From: Mobula hypostoma
Lineage: Eukaryota
Assembly (NCBI RefSeq): GCF_963921235.1
Contig: NC_086098.1
Location: 3,596,001-3,660,000 of the forward strand
Reading direction: 5' to 3'
DNA length: 64,000 bases
The position numbers were made by a program, and so were the translations under genes. Each line of letters opens with the position of its first letter. Position 1 is the stretch's first letter. Shown one piece after another: positions 35,046 through 47,590 of the stretch. The notes under the pieces were generated by a model. The model saw only the letters and a program-made list of their open reading frames with translations, had not been told where the DNA came from and did not search any database.

Positions 35046-38000
35046 TTAACTTTGACATACTGTAAAAAGATGATTTAACTTTGCACATGACAAAAAATTA
35101 GGCAACGTAAATCATAAGATTCGTTATTTTGCCAATGTTTAATTGGTTCATTTGTCTGATTTCTACACAAAAACATTCTGAAGGCTCTAGACCTAATGTT
35201 GTCTACCCTTTCAGTTGGGTATTATAATTCCATATTGCTTTGCAAAATCCATTTACAGTGTTTCATACAAGGCTACATCTGAAAACCTACTATCCATGTC
35301 CTTGGAATTTTGTGTTCAGTTCTGGCTGACACTGTATAGGAAGGATGTGGAAGCTTTAGAGAAGGTGCAGAGGAGATTTTGACAGGTTGCTATCTGGATT
35401 AAAGAGCATGACTCGTGAAGATAGGTTGAGCAAGCTCGGGCTTTTCTCTTTGGAGCGAATAGGATGACAGGTGATGATAGAAATGCACAAGATGATAAGA
35501 TGCATAGATCGAGTGGACAGCCAGGGGGCAAATGGCTAATCTGACAAGGGACAATTTTAAGATGTTTAGAAGAAAGTTATCGGAGGCAGATTATTTTTAC
35601 ACAGAGAGAGGTAACTCAAGAAAGCAGCATTGTCAGAAGAAAACAGAATCCATCATCAAGGACGTCCCACCATCGAGGTCAGACTCACTTCTTGCTGCTG
35701 CTATCGGGAAGGAAGTACAGGAGCCTTAGGTGCTGCATTGCCAGGTTCAGGAAAAGTTATTACCTTCTCCTTAGTAGTAGCAACTCCACCCACTTCTGCC
35801 CTAATTTCCTGGCATATGGCTAATGTTTTCCACAGTGAATACTGACACAAAATATTGAGAACATGAGCTGTAGAGTCCTTGAAAGTGAGTGAAGCTATCC
35901 ACGCTCATTCAGGATCCTGATGGTTGAAGGGTGAGTCCTTGGAATTTGTTGCCACAGGCGGCAGTGGAGGCCATGTCATTGGGTATATTTAAAGCAGAGG
36001 TTGATAGGTTTTTGATCAGTCAGGGTATCAAAGGTTATGGGGAGAAGACAGGAGAATGGGGTTGAGAGGGTAATAAATCAGCCTTGTTGGAATGGTAGAG
36101 CAGACTCAATGGGCCACATGGCCGAATTCTGCTCCTCTGTCTTATGGTCTAATTATTTACTGTTATTATTATTTGTTGTTTTTTGTATTTGCACATTGGT
36201 TGTCTGTCAGTCTTTTCTACGTAGCTTTTCATTGATTCCACTGTGTTTCTTTGTTCCACTGTGAATGCCCTCAGGAAAATGGGGTCATATACATACCCCA
36301 TTCATACCCCATTAAATATCAACTTACTTTGTACTTCGGTAAGTGCATGGTACCCCCTGTCAGGAGTAGTGTGTAGAGGCAGATACAATGGAGACATTTA
36401 AGACACTTTTGGATGAAACAAATTTTACCCTTAGGTAGATAGCTGGATGAAAATAAAATGGAGGGCTTTGTAGGAGGGAAGGATTAAATTAATTTCAGAG
36501 GCAGTTTGTGGACCAAAGGGCCTGTACTGTGCTGTAATGTTTTATGTTTGATATGCATTTCCATTATTCATCACCCTCTGGCTGAAGAAATTCATACGCA
36601 TTTGTGTTCTAAAGGGACATCTTTCTACACTGAGACTTTGTCCTCAGATTCTAGATTCTCTCACTATTGGAAACATCCTCTCCATGTTCTATGTCCACTA
36701 TCTAGGCCTTTCAAAATTCATTTGGTTTCAATATGATCAGAATCAGGTTTAATATCACTGACATCTGTCGTGAAATTGTTAACTTTATGGCAGCAGTACA
36801 ATGAAATACATGATGAATAAATGTAGAGAAAAAACTAAGTTACCTTAAGTGTATATATGTCTATTAAATAGTTACGTTAAAATAAAGTTGTGCAAAAAAA
36901 ACTGAAATAAAGAAGTAGTGAGGTAGTGTTCATGGCAGAGGGGAAGAAGCTGTTCCTGAATTGCTGAGTGTGTGCCTTCAGGCTCCTGTATCTCCTACCT
37001 GATGGTAACAACCAGAAGAAGGCATGCCCTGGGTGCTGGAGATCCTTAATGATGGACAACGCTTTCCTAAGGCACCACTCCTTGAAAATGTCTTGGAAAC
37101 TACGGAGTCTGATTGATCTTGGAGTAGCTAAAATGTGGGCACAACGTCCTGGGTTGAAGAACCTGTCCTGTGCTGAAACGTTCTATGTTCTTTGCTCTAT
37201 GAAACTGTGGGTTATGGGGTGGGGGGGGGAGGATATACCAAAAATGAAGCACTAAAGCATGACCTGTTCAATTCCCAGCTACAACTGAATGCATCTGAAG
37301 TTTCTCTCCAGGCTTGAGGAGATCCTCGTGAGCTAATAGTGGTGCAGATATCATAGCTTCGGGCAGATGGAGCTCATGAGCTGTGGCTGGCAGCTCATCC
37401 GGGAGAAGGAAAACTCTGATCTCAAACCTCCGCTGCCTTGGGAGTAAACCCCAAGTGAAATTCAGAGCTGGAGTCCGTAAGGCAGTCCTATGTTGAGTTC
37501 AACACTGACTGGCAACTCCTGCGATGTCGCAGGTACCAAGCTGTATTGGTCTCTGCTATCCCTTCGGATTCATCAACTGCGTGGAGAGGGGGAGCTTGCC
37601 ATATGGGTAACAGCTCGCTCTCCATACTGTACTGCCCTGGCTTGCGTACTGGCTTGTATATCATGTGAACAGTTAGGACACAACATCCACAGTTGACCCC
37701 AACCAACAGAGGGTCAGATAATAATGTCTAACCAAGCCATGGTTATCTTACTCCCAGCAGCCGTGAACATGGTGCTAATTAGCCACCAGCCCTAAGTTTC
37801 AAGACCTTAGCTGGTAGCTTGATTACAGAGAAGATTTGACCCATAGAAAGTGCATTTTATACAGAGACTATTGTGGTCTGAGCAAAGCGCCCCCCCATCA
37901 GGAAATGTAGCAAGCCATTTACCATAATGAGATCAGAGTCAGAGTCTTATTTTCCATCTGGCATAGTTTGCATTTTGTTGTTTGATTGTTGGGGTTTTTT

Positions 38001-38697
38001 GTATTGCTATATTTACGCTCTATTCTTGGTTGGTGCGGCTGTAATGAAACCAAATTTCCCTCGGGATTAATAAAGTATATCTATCTATCTATCTATCTAT
38101 ATTGTCGTGAGATCTGCTGTTTTGTGCAACAGTACAGTGTAATATATCAATAATTACCATAATTATTACAATCAATAATAACATTGATAATTACCATGTT
38201 ACAATAAGAAACACAGTATATAAAAATAAATCAGTAATGCATAAAGAGAGAAAATAAAGAGGTAATGTTCATAGGTTCATGGACCATTCAGAAATGTAAT
38301 GGCACCGGGAAGCAAGCTGTTCTAGAAGCTGCTGTCAGCAGGCAGGAGCTACAGGAGCCTCAGGACTCACATCACCAAGTTCAGGAACAGTTACTTCCCC
38401 TTAATCACCAGGTTCTTGAAGGGGATAATTCAGTCAACTTCACTTGCTCCATTACTGAAAAGTTCCTACATCCTATGGACTTACTTTCAAGGACTCTGCA
38501 TCTCAAGTTCTTGATATTTATTGCCTACTTATTTATTCATTGTTCTTTCTTTTTGTATTTGCAGTTTGTTGTCTTTTACACACTGATTGAGCGCCCAAGT
38601 TGGTGTGGTCTTGTATTGATTATAGTTATTATTATACTATGGACTTATTGTATGCCCACAAGAAAATTGATCTTTGGGTTACATGTGGTGACATGTA

Positions 38698-41600
38698 TGA
38701 ATTGAATTGACTTTATTTCTTACATCCTTCACATATATGAGGAGTAAAAATCTTGCTGTTATGTCTCCATCTAAATATGCAATATGCAATCATAGTAACT
38801 TATAATCACTTATAATAAATAGAACAGTCAATGTAATATAGAGTACACTCAAGTCAGCGTGAGTTCATCAGTCTGATGGCCTGGTGGAAGAAGCTGTCCC
38901 AGATCCTGTTGGTCCTGGCTTTTGTGCTGTGGTACCATTTCCTGGATGGTAGCAGCTGGAATAGATTGTGGTTGGGGTGACTCGGGTCCCTAATGATCCT
39001 ACACGCCCTGTTTACACACCTGTCCTTGTAAATGTTCTGAATCCTGGGAAGTTCACAACTACAGATGCGCTGGGCTGTCCGCACCACTCTCTGCAGAGTC
39101 CTGTGATTAAGGGAGGTACAGTTCCCATACCAGGCAATGATGCAGCCAGTCAGGATGCTGTCAATTGTGCCCCTGTAGAAAGGATTTGGGAGCCCATACC
39201 AAACTTCCTCAACCGTCTGAGGTGAAAGAGGCACTGTTGTGCCTTGTTCACCACACAGCCGGTGTGTACAGACCACATGAGGTCCTCAGTGATGTGGATG
39301 CTGAGGAACTTAAAGCTGTTTACCCTCTCAACGCCAGATCCACTGATGTCAGTAGGGTTTAGCCCATCTCCATTCCTCCTGTAATCCACAACCAGCTCCT
39401 TTGTTTTTGTGACATTGAGGGAGAGGTTGTTTTCTTGATACCACTGTGTCAGAGAGATGACTCCTTCCCTGTAGGCCACCTCGTTATTGTTTGAAGTAAG
39501 GCCAATCAATGTAGTGTTGTAGGCAAATTTAATTAGCAGATTAGAGCTGTGGGTGGCGATACAGTCATGGGTATACATGGAGTAAAGGAGGGGACTCAGT
39601 ACACAGCCCTGAGGGGCTCTCTTGAGAGTCAGAGGGGTGGAGGTGAGGGAGCCCACTGTTACCACCTGCGGGCGATCTGACAGGAAGTCCAGGATCCAGC
39701 TGCACAAGGCAGGGTGAAGGCCGAAGTCTCTGAGCTTCTTGTCGAGCCTGGATGGGACTATGGTGTTTAATGCTGAACTGTAGTCCAAGATCAGTATTCT
39801 CACATAAACATCCTTCTTCTCCAGATGTGCAAGGACGGTATGTAGAGCCGTGGCTATTGTGTCGTCTGTCGATCAGTTGTGTCAGTGGGTGAATTGTAGG
39901 GGGTCCAGTTTGGGTGGTAGCAAGCTGCAGATGTAATCCTTGCTCAGCCTCTCAAAGCATTTGCTTATTATTGATGTGAGTGTTGACACAACGCCAGTCA
40001 TTCAGGCATGTTACCTTGGTCTTTTTAGGTACAGGGACAATGGTGGATGTTTTGAAGCAGGAGGGCACTCTACACTGGGAGAGGGAGAGATTAAATTTAT
40101 CTATAAACACACCTGCCAGTTGTGCTGCGCACATCCTGAGTACTCGCTCTGGGATGCCGTCCAGCCCCGCAGCCTTGTGACTGTCCACTCAATAGACAAT
40201 AGACAATAGGTGCAGGAGCAGGCCATTCACCACCATTCTCTCATTGGAAACATCTGCATACCTCAGCCTCAGAGATGACCAGGTTACAGGTTGTAGTGGA
40301 GGCTTTCCTCGGAGGCTCAGAGTTAGTGACATCAAACCGAGCATAAAAGCGATTAAAGAGGCCATGATGTTGGTCGAACCACAACATTTGGCTTTGAAGT
40401 CTGCGATGGTATGCAGCCCTCGCCACAAGTCACGTGTGCTATTCGTTGTAAATCTTTCTTTTCTTTTTAAATCTTTTTATTGAGTAAGTATACAAAAAAG
40501 GTAAGCCATATAAACATTAATACAATGTTAAAGTATAATAAAATTCCAAAAGATAACAATACCAAAAAGAAAATACTACAAACAATGTAATTTAAGCATA
40601 AGAAACCAAGATAACATAATAGTATACTAGATTTTATATATATCAATGGAAAAAAAGAAAAAAAAAACCCCAAAAAAAAACCCACCGTGCAACTAACTAA
40701 AAGCAAAGCAAAGCAATGGGCTAACTTGAAACCAAACAGAGTTAAACTTAAAATCACGTCCTCAATCCCGACCTCCATTAAAACAGTGAAAAAAAACAAG
40801 AAGGGTAAATATTACATTAAATGAAAATATCGAATAAAAGGTCCCCAAATCTGTTCAAATTTAAATGAAGAATCATAAAGGTTACTTCTAATTTTCTCCA
40901 GATTCAAACATAAAATCATCTGAGAAAACCAAAAAAAGGTAGTTGGAGCATTAAGCTCTTTCCAATGTTGTAAAATACATCTTTTCGCCATTAAAGTAAG
41001 AAATGCAATCATTCTACGGGCTGAAGGGGAAAGATTACTAGAAATTTTAGGTAGTCCAAAGATAGCAGTAATAGGGTGAGGAGAGATATCTATATTTAAT
41101 ACCTTAGAAATAATATTGAAAATATCTCTCCAATCGTTGTAAATCTTGACTCAATCTTGTCCCTGTATTGTTGTTCCTTAGCCTTGATAGCTTTATGCAG
41201 ATTATAGCTGCTTTTCTGAGCTCTAGTTGATCTCCAGCGACGTAAGCTCGATGTCGGCTGTAAATGCTGCTCACACGGAACTATCGATCCAGGGTTTCTG
41301 GTTCGTGAAGACCCTGGCCGACTTCTGGGGGACAACATCGTCGATGCATTTCCGGATGAAGCAGGTGACTCCATCTGTGAACTCAGAGACATCCTCATCA
41401 TGGAAGACATTCTAGTCAACGTAATTTGCATGCGGCAGCCAATTAGAACGCCGTCTCAGCCTCACCAGGACACCGGCCCTTCTCCCTCGCCTCCCGCACA
41501 TCTTCCGAGGTAGTGGTGGTGTAAGAGATGACTCTCCCATGGATCGCGCAAGCAGGGGATCCCAGTGTAGGAAAGATGGCACATAGTGGGTAAAAGCCAT

Positions 41601-41740
41601 CTTTCTGATGTTCAGAAGGGTCAGTCTATTGCATCTCATGTGACTATCAGCTACTTGAACAGAAAATGCTAAGAAATTAGTAGTATACTGTAGACTTGGA
41701 ATGGAGCTCACAACACAGCCACCATAGGCGGGGCCATCTT
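38698..41740 (-). mobile_element. Rex1/Babar-clade LINE, internally deleted and interrupted by an L1 fragment
   Basis: 5' AAGATGGC; N-terminal RRGRRAGVLVRLRRR; RT fragments [30 protein letters not shown] and KAQQCLFHLRRLRKFG; (TTCAA)n tail. Confidence 0.9.
40457..41133 (-). mobile_element. 5'-truncated L1-clade LINE
   Basis: ORF 40812-41012 (IAFLTLMAKRCIL..W..LNLEKIR..IWGPF) is a fish-type L1 ORF2 C-terminus; AATAAA plus A-rich tail; 14-bp TSD TCGTTGTAAATCTT at 40443-40456 and 41134-41147. Confidence 0.9.
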
Positions 41741-43619
41741 GGATGTTATGCACTTGACAAGAAATTTACTTTGAACTTTGAATCAATGAGTGTGTGTCTT
41801 CAGTCCCCTGTACCTCATCCCTAATGGTAGTAATGCAAAGGGTGCATGTCCTGGGAGATGAGGGTTTCTGCTGCTGTGGTTCAATGACTGAATGGTTCAA
41901 TTTAACAGTATACAACCTGAAATTCTTACTCTTCATAGAAACCCCATAGAATGAACGATCTAAAGATCAGAACCCTGAAGACCCAATCCCCCCCCCCATC
42001 TCATCATGCAAGCAACAACAAAGCCCCCAAAAAGACCATCAAAAACTACAGTCCATCCCAACACTTCAGTATCTCAAGACAGGCTCTCTCTCGTTAGTGA
42101 GGGACAGAGAAATCACTCCGGCAATAACGAGAACAGGAGAACAGCCGCTCGCTCTTTCAATGTTGCAATAGTGCCCCTCCTCCTTCCCCTTTTCCCACAG
42201 TCCACTCTCCTGTTCTAATAGATTCATTCTCCAGCCCTTTACCTCTTCTACCTGTCACCTTCCAGCTTCTCACTTCATACCACCTACCCTGCCCACCTGG
42301 TTTCTCCTACCAACTGGTTTCACCTCTCAGCCACTGTTTGGAACCTTTCACTCCACCCCTTCCCCCATCTTTTAATTCTGGTCTCTTCCTGCTTCTCTTC
42401 CATTCCTGATGAGGGGTATCAGCCCAAAGTACCTATGCTTTACTTCCATTGTGTCTACCTCTCTGACTCAGCTATTGGAGCCATGGAGGCGGAGTAGAGG
42501 CAACCACCTATCTTCTTGTTTCCACTCTTCACCGGGTTCCATCTCATGGACCTGAGATCTGGGACTCTTTGCCACCATTCTGACAGTGACAGTAGCTAGT
42601 TATTCCAGCCGGTAGGGTCAGACAACACGAGGGAGCGAGGGAGGTGACAATGCAGCCTGCACAGCTAATCCAACATCTTGAAGTTCAAGTTCAGTTTGCT
42701 GACATTCAGCCGCATACACATATAACACCAAACAAAATGACATTTCACCGGACCAAGGTGCATAGTACAGCACATATAACTCACACACAACGCGCAAAGT
42801 AATATTATCAGAAATAAATTAACAAATAGTAAGGTGCATTTATGACACAAGTTAAAAAGTCAACAGTATAATGCCACTGGCACTTGATACATGACGAACC
42901 TGTGTGGTTACAAGTTCAGTAGTCTCACGGCTTCAGGGGAAGAAGCTGTTTTCAGTCCTAACAGTTCTTGTTCTAGTGCTGCTGTACCTCGTGCCTGATG
43001 GTAAAGGGTTAAGGAGATTGTTGGATGGATTGGGAGGGATTACCGACAATGCTAAGGGCCCTGCATATGCAGCATTCTAGATAAATATCTAACAGCTACG
43101 GGGAAAAGGCAGAAGAATGGGGTTGAGAGAGATAATAAATCAGACTTGTTGGAATGGCACAGCAGACTCAATAGAACAAAAGTCCTAATTCTGCTCCTAT
43201 GTCTTATGGTCTAATTAGCATACAATACACAGTTTCCAAAGTAACTTGTGCACTTTCACCTGGATGTGATCGTGAGCACCAATCACTAACAGAGCACTGA
43301 AAGGAAATATTTCTACACAATCCTCTCTTTAGCCTGTTGTATTCCACAACTGATGTTATAATTTTTAAACAAGGAATTAATCTTACGTAATGACTCACAA
43401 TTTGCAAATTCCAAACTCAGTTAATACAATGGCTTATGCTTCTAATCATTTAAATTTATGAACGTATCTGGTATGCAAATGATATTCCTTGGTAAAGGAC
43501 AATTTTTAACTTGGAATCACTGACTATTTTAGCTGGTAGACAAGCAAAGGACATGATCTGTTGCTTGCTGCTGTGGAGGATTCAATGCACAGGATTGAAA
43601 GAGGTGGCAGCCAGTTCCA

Positions 43620-43776
43620 GCATGGGCACAACCCTCCCCTTCCACCACGGGCACAACCCTCCCCTTCCACCACGGGCACAACCCTCCCCACCACCATGGA
43701 CACAACCCTCCCCCACCATCACGGGCACAACCCTCCCCACCACCACAGGCACAAGCCTCCCCACCATCATGGGCAT
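43620..43776. repeat. 24-25 bp tandem repeat (GGGCACAACCCTCCCC..CCAC), about 6 copies, inside a Rex1-like fragment
   Basis: Directly visible. Confidence 0.9.
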
Positions 43777-44139
43777 CTTCAAGAGGCAGGGTCTCAGGAA
43801 GGCAGTATCCATCACTCAGGACCCTCAACATCCACAACATGCTTTCTTCCCTTTACAAGCACCAGGGAGGAGGTACAAGAGTCTGAAAATCTGCATTTCA
43901 GGAGCAGCCTTTCCCTCTACCATCAGATTTCAGAACGGTCCATGAACCCATGAATACTGCCTCACTATTTCAAATTATTTACTTATTTACTGCAACTTAG
44001 TAATCGTTTATGTCTCGCACTGTACTGCTGCCACGGAACAACAAATTTCATGACCAATGTTAGTGATAATAAATTTGATTCCGGCTCTGATGAAACTCCT
44101 GTATTTTCTTGTTGGCTCAGTGCGAGAGTCTACAATCAG

Positions 44140-44460
44140 GGAGGAAATAACTAGTCAGTTGGGAAATGGTCACTGAGGGAAATGGTCAGTTATGAAATGG
44201 TCAGTGAGAGAAATGGTCAGTTAGGTACACAGTCAATTATGAAATGGTCACTTGGGGAAATGGTCAGATGGGGAAATGGACAGTTAGGGAACTGTCAGTT
44301 GGGGAAATGGTCAGTGAGGGAAATGGTCAGTGAGGGAAATGGTCAGTGAGGGAAATGGTTATTTTGGGAAATGATCAGTTAGGGAAATATTATTTGGGGA
44401 AATGATCAGTGAGGGAAATGGTCAGTAGGGAAGTAGCTATTCAGGGAAATAATCAGAGAA
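44140..44460. repeat. 16-bp minisatellite GGGAAATGGTCAGTGA
   Basis: About 18-20 variably diverged copies. Confidence 0.9.
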
Positions 44461-44757
44461 ATACAATGTAACAAAATGGTTGTTTAAGAATGTAACAAGC
44501 AAAGTCTGTAGATACTGTATAGTGTATTTAAATCTTTAGAAAACAAGTTGTTAGGTGTGTGGTGTGTTGTCCTTCATTAGTAAGGAGATTGAGTCTCAGA
44601 GCTGTCAGGTTATGTTGCAACTCTTTAAAACCCTGGTTAAACCACACTTGGGTTATCATAAACAACAGAAATTCTGCAGATGCTGGAAATTCAAGCAACA
44701 TACATCAAAGTTGCTGGTGAACGCAGCAGGCCAAGCAGCATCTATAGGAAGAGGCGC

Positions 44758-44793
44758 AGTCGACGTTTCAGGCCGAGACCCTTCGTCAGGACT
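44758..44793 (-). ncRNA. Minimal type-I hammerhead ribozyme motif in the inverted pseudo-LTR
   Basis: Exact reverse complement of 46907-46942. Confidence 0.75.
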
Positions 44794-45123
44794 AACTGAA
44801 GGAAGAGTGAGTAAGGGATTTGAAAGCTGGAGGGGGAGGGGGAGATCCAAAATGATAGGAGAAGACAGGAGGGGGAGGGATAGAGCCGAGAGCTGGACAG
44901 GTGATAGGCAAAAGGGGATACGAGAGGATCATGGGACAGGAGGTCCGGGAAGAAAGACAAGGGGCGGGGGGGGTGACCCAGAGGATGGGCAAGAGGTATA
45001 TTCAGAGGGACAGAGGGAGAAAAAGGAGAGTGAGAGAAAGAATGTGTGCATAAAAATGAGTAACAGATGGGGTACGAGGGGGAGGTGGGGCCTTAGCGGA
45101 AGTTAGAGAAGTCAATGTTCATA

Positions 45124-46607
45124 CCTCGACACTGTTTTATCACCCCTTGTTCAATCCCTTCCGACCTATGTTCGTGACACTTCTCACGCTCTTAAACTTT
45201 TCGATGATTTTAAGTTCCCTGGCCCCCACCGCTTTAGTTTCACCATGGATGTCCAGTCCTTATATACTTCCATCCCCCATCAGGAAGGTCTCAAAGCTCT
45301 ACGCTTCTTTTTGGATTCCAGACCTAATCAGTTCCCCTCTACCACCACTCTGCTCCATCTAGCGGAATTAGTCCTTACTCTTAATAATTTCTCCTTTTGC
45401 TCCTCCCATTTCCTCCAAACTAAAGGTGTAGCTATGGGCACCCGTATGGGTCCTAGCTATGCCTGCCTTTTTGTTGGGTTTGTGGAACAATCTATGTTCC
45501 GTGCCTATTCTGGTAGCTGTCCCCCACTTTTCCTTTGCTACATCAACGACTGCATTGGCGCTGCTTCCTGCACGCATGCAGAACTCGTTGACTTTCTTAA
45601 CTTTGCCTCCAACTTTCACCCTGCCCTCAAGTTTACCTGGTCCATTTCCGACACCTCCCTCCCCTTTCTAGATCTTTCTGTCTCTGTCTCTGGAGACAGC
45701 TTATCCACTGATGTCTACTATAAGCCTACTGACTCTCACAGCTATCTGGACTATTCCTCTTCTCACCCTGTCTCTTGCAAAAACACCATCCCCTTCTCGC
45801 AATTCCTCCGTCTCCGCTGCATCTGCTCTCAGGATGAGGCTTTTCATTCTAGGACGAGGGAGATGTCTTCATTTTTTAAAGAAAGGGGCTTCCCTTCCTC
45901 CACTATCAACTCTGCTCTTAAACGCATCTCCCCCATTTCACATACATCTGCTCTCACTCCATCCTCCCACCACCCCACTAGGAATAGGGTTCCCCTGGTC
46001 CTCACCTACCACCCCACCAGCCTCCGGGTCCAACATATTATTCTCCGTAACTTCCGCCACCTCGAACGGGATCCCACCACTAAGCACATCTTTCCCTCCC
46101 CTCCTCTCTCTGCATTCCACAGGGATCGCTCCCTACACAACTCCCTTGTCCATTCGTCCCCCCCCATCCCTCCCCACTGATCTCCCTCCTGGCACTTATC
46201 CGTGTAAGCAGAACAAGTGCTACACCTGCCCTTACACTTCCTCCCTTACCACCATTCAGGGCCCCAAATAGTCCTTCCAGGTGAGGCATCACTTCACCTG
46301 TGAGTCGACAGGGGTGATATACTGCGTCCGGTGCTCCCAATGTGGCCTTTTATATATTGGTGAGACCCGACGCAGACTGGGAGACCGCTTTGCTGAACAT
46401 CTACGCTCTGTCCGCCAGAGAAAGCAGGATCTCCCAGTGGCCACACATTTTAATTCCACATCCCATTCCCATTCTGACATGTCTATCCACGGCCTCCTCT
46501 ACTGTAAAGATGAAGCCACACTCAGGTTGGAGGAACAACACCTTATATTCCGTCTGGGTAGCCTCCAACCTGATGGCATGAACATTGACTTCTCTAACTT
46601 CCGCTAA
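45124..46607 (+). pseudogene. PLE reverse transcriptase plus Cys-rich linker plus GIY-YIG endonuclease, disrupted
   Basis: MDVQSLYTSIP, GVAMGTRMGPSYA, YIND (for YIDD), LPFLD, CKQNKCYTC and VIYCVRCSQCGLLYIGETRR; frameshift in a poly-C run near 46160 and a TAG at 46269-46271. Confidence 0.92.
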
Positions 46608-46906
46608 GGCCCCACCTCCCCCTCGTACCCCATCTGTTACTCATTTTTATGCACACATTCTTTCTCTCACTCTCCTTTTTCTCCCTCTGTCCCTCTGAAT
46701 ATACCTCTTGCCCATCCTCTGGGTCACTCCCCCCGCCCCTTGTCTTTCTTCCCGGACCTCCTGTCCCATGATCCTCTCGTATCCCCTTTTGCCTATCACC
46801 TGTCCAGCTCTCGGCTCTATCCCTCCCCCTCCTGTCTTCTCCTATCATTTTGGATCTCCCCCTCCCCCTCCAGCTTTCAAATCCCTTACTCACTCTTCCT
46901 TCAGTT

Positions 46907-46942
46907 AGTCCTGACGAAGGGTCTCGGCCTGAAACGTCGACT
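46907..46942 (+). ncRNA. Minimal type-I hammerhead ribozyme motif in the 3' pseudo-LTR
   Basis: AGTC-CTGACGA-AGG(GTCTCGG)CCT-GAAA-CG-TC-GACT; predicted cleavage after C46938. Confidence 0.78.
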
Positions 46943-47590
46943 GCGCCTCTTCCTATAGATGCTGCTTGGCCTGCTGCGTTCACCAGCAACTTTGATGTAT
47001 GTTGCTTGGGTTATCATGTTCAGTTCTGTTGGCCTCATCATAGGAAGGATGTGAAAGCTTTAGAGAGGGTGCAGAGCAGATTTCTCCGGATTCATTCTCA
47101 TGACGATAGGTTGAGCAAGCTAGGACTTTTCTCTTTGGAGAGAAGGAGGATGTGACTTTATAAAGGTGTACAAGATGACTGAGTGGGCAGTCAGAGACTG
47201 CTTCCCAGGGCTGAAATGGCTAATAACAGGGCCAAAACGTAAAAGTGATTGGAAGAAAGTGTAGATGGGGATGTCAGGTAAGTTTTTTACAAAGAGCATA
47301 ATGGGTGCATGGAACACACTGCTGGGGAGAGGCAGGTACAGTCGAGGCTTTTGAGAAACTCTTAGATAGGCACGTGGATGATAGAACTATGAAAGGCTAT
47401 CTAAGAGGGAAGAATTAGTTTGAACTTAGAGAGTAGCCAACAGTTCATGGAAACATAGAAAACCTACAGCACAATACAGGCCCTTCAGCCCACAAAGTTG
47501 TGCCAAACATGTCCCTACCTTAGAAATTACTAGGCTTACCTATAGCCCTCTATTTTTCTAAGCTCCATGTACCTATCCAAAAGTTTCTTA

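Larger units (their letters stand above)
44660..47008 (+). mobile_element. 5'-truncated Neptune-type Penelope-like element with inverted pseudo-LTRs, inserted in a CR1 remnant
   Basis: 44692-45123 is a near-perfect inverted copy of 46577-47008; CTTGGGTTATCAT duplicated at 44647-44659 and 47005-47017; RT and GIY-YIG coding sequence lie between. Confidence 0.95.

Noticed and set aside
44555..45106. 183-aa ORF and its mirror at 46594-46989
   Set aside because: Antisense reading of the PLE pseudo-LTR fused to a CR1 fragment.
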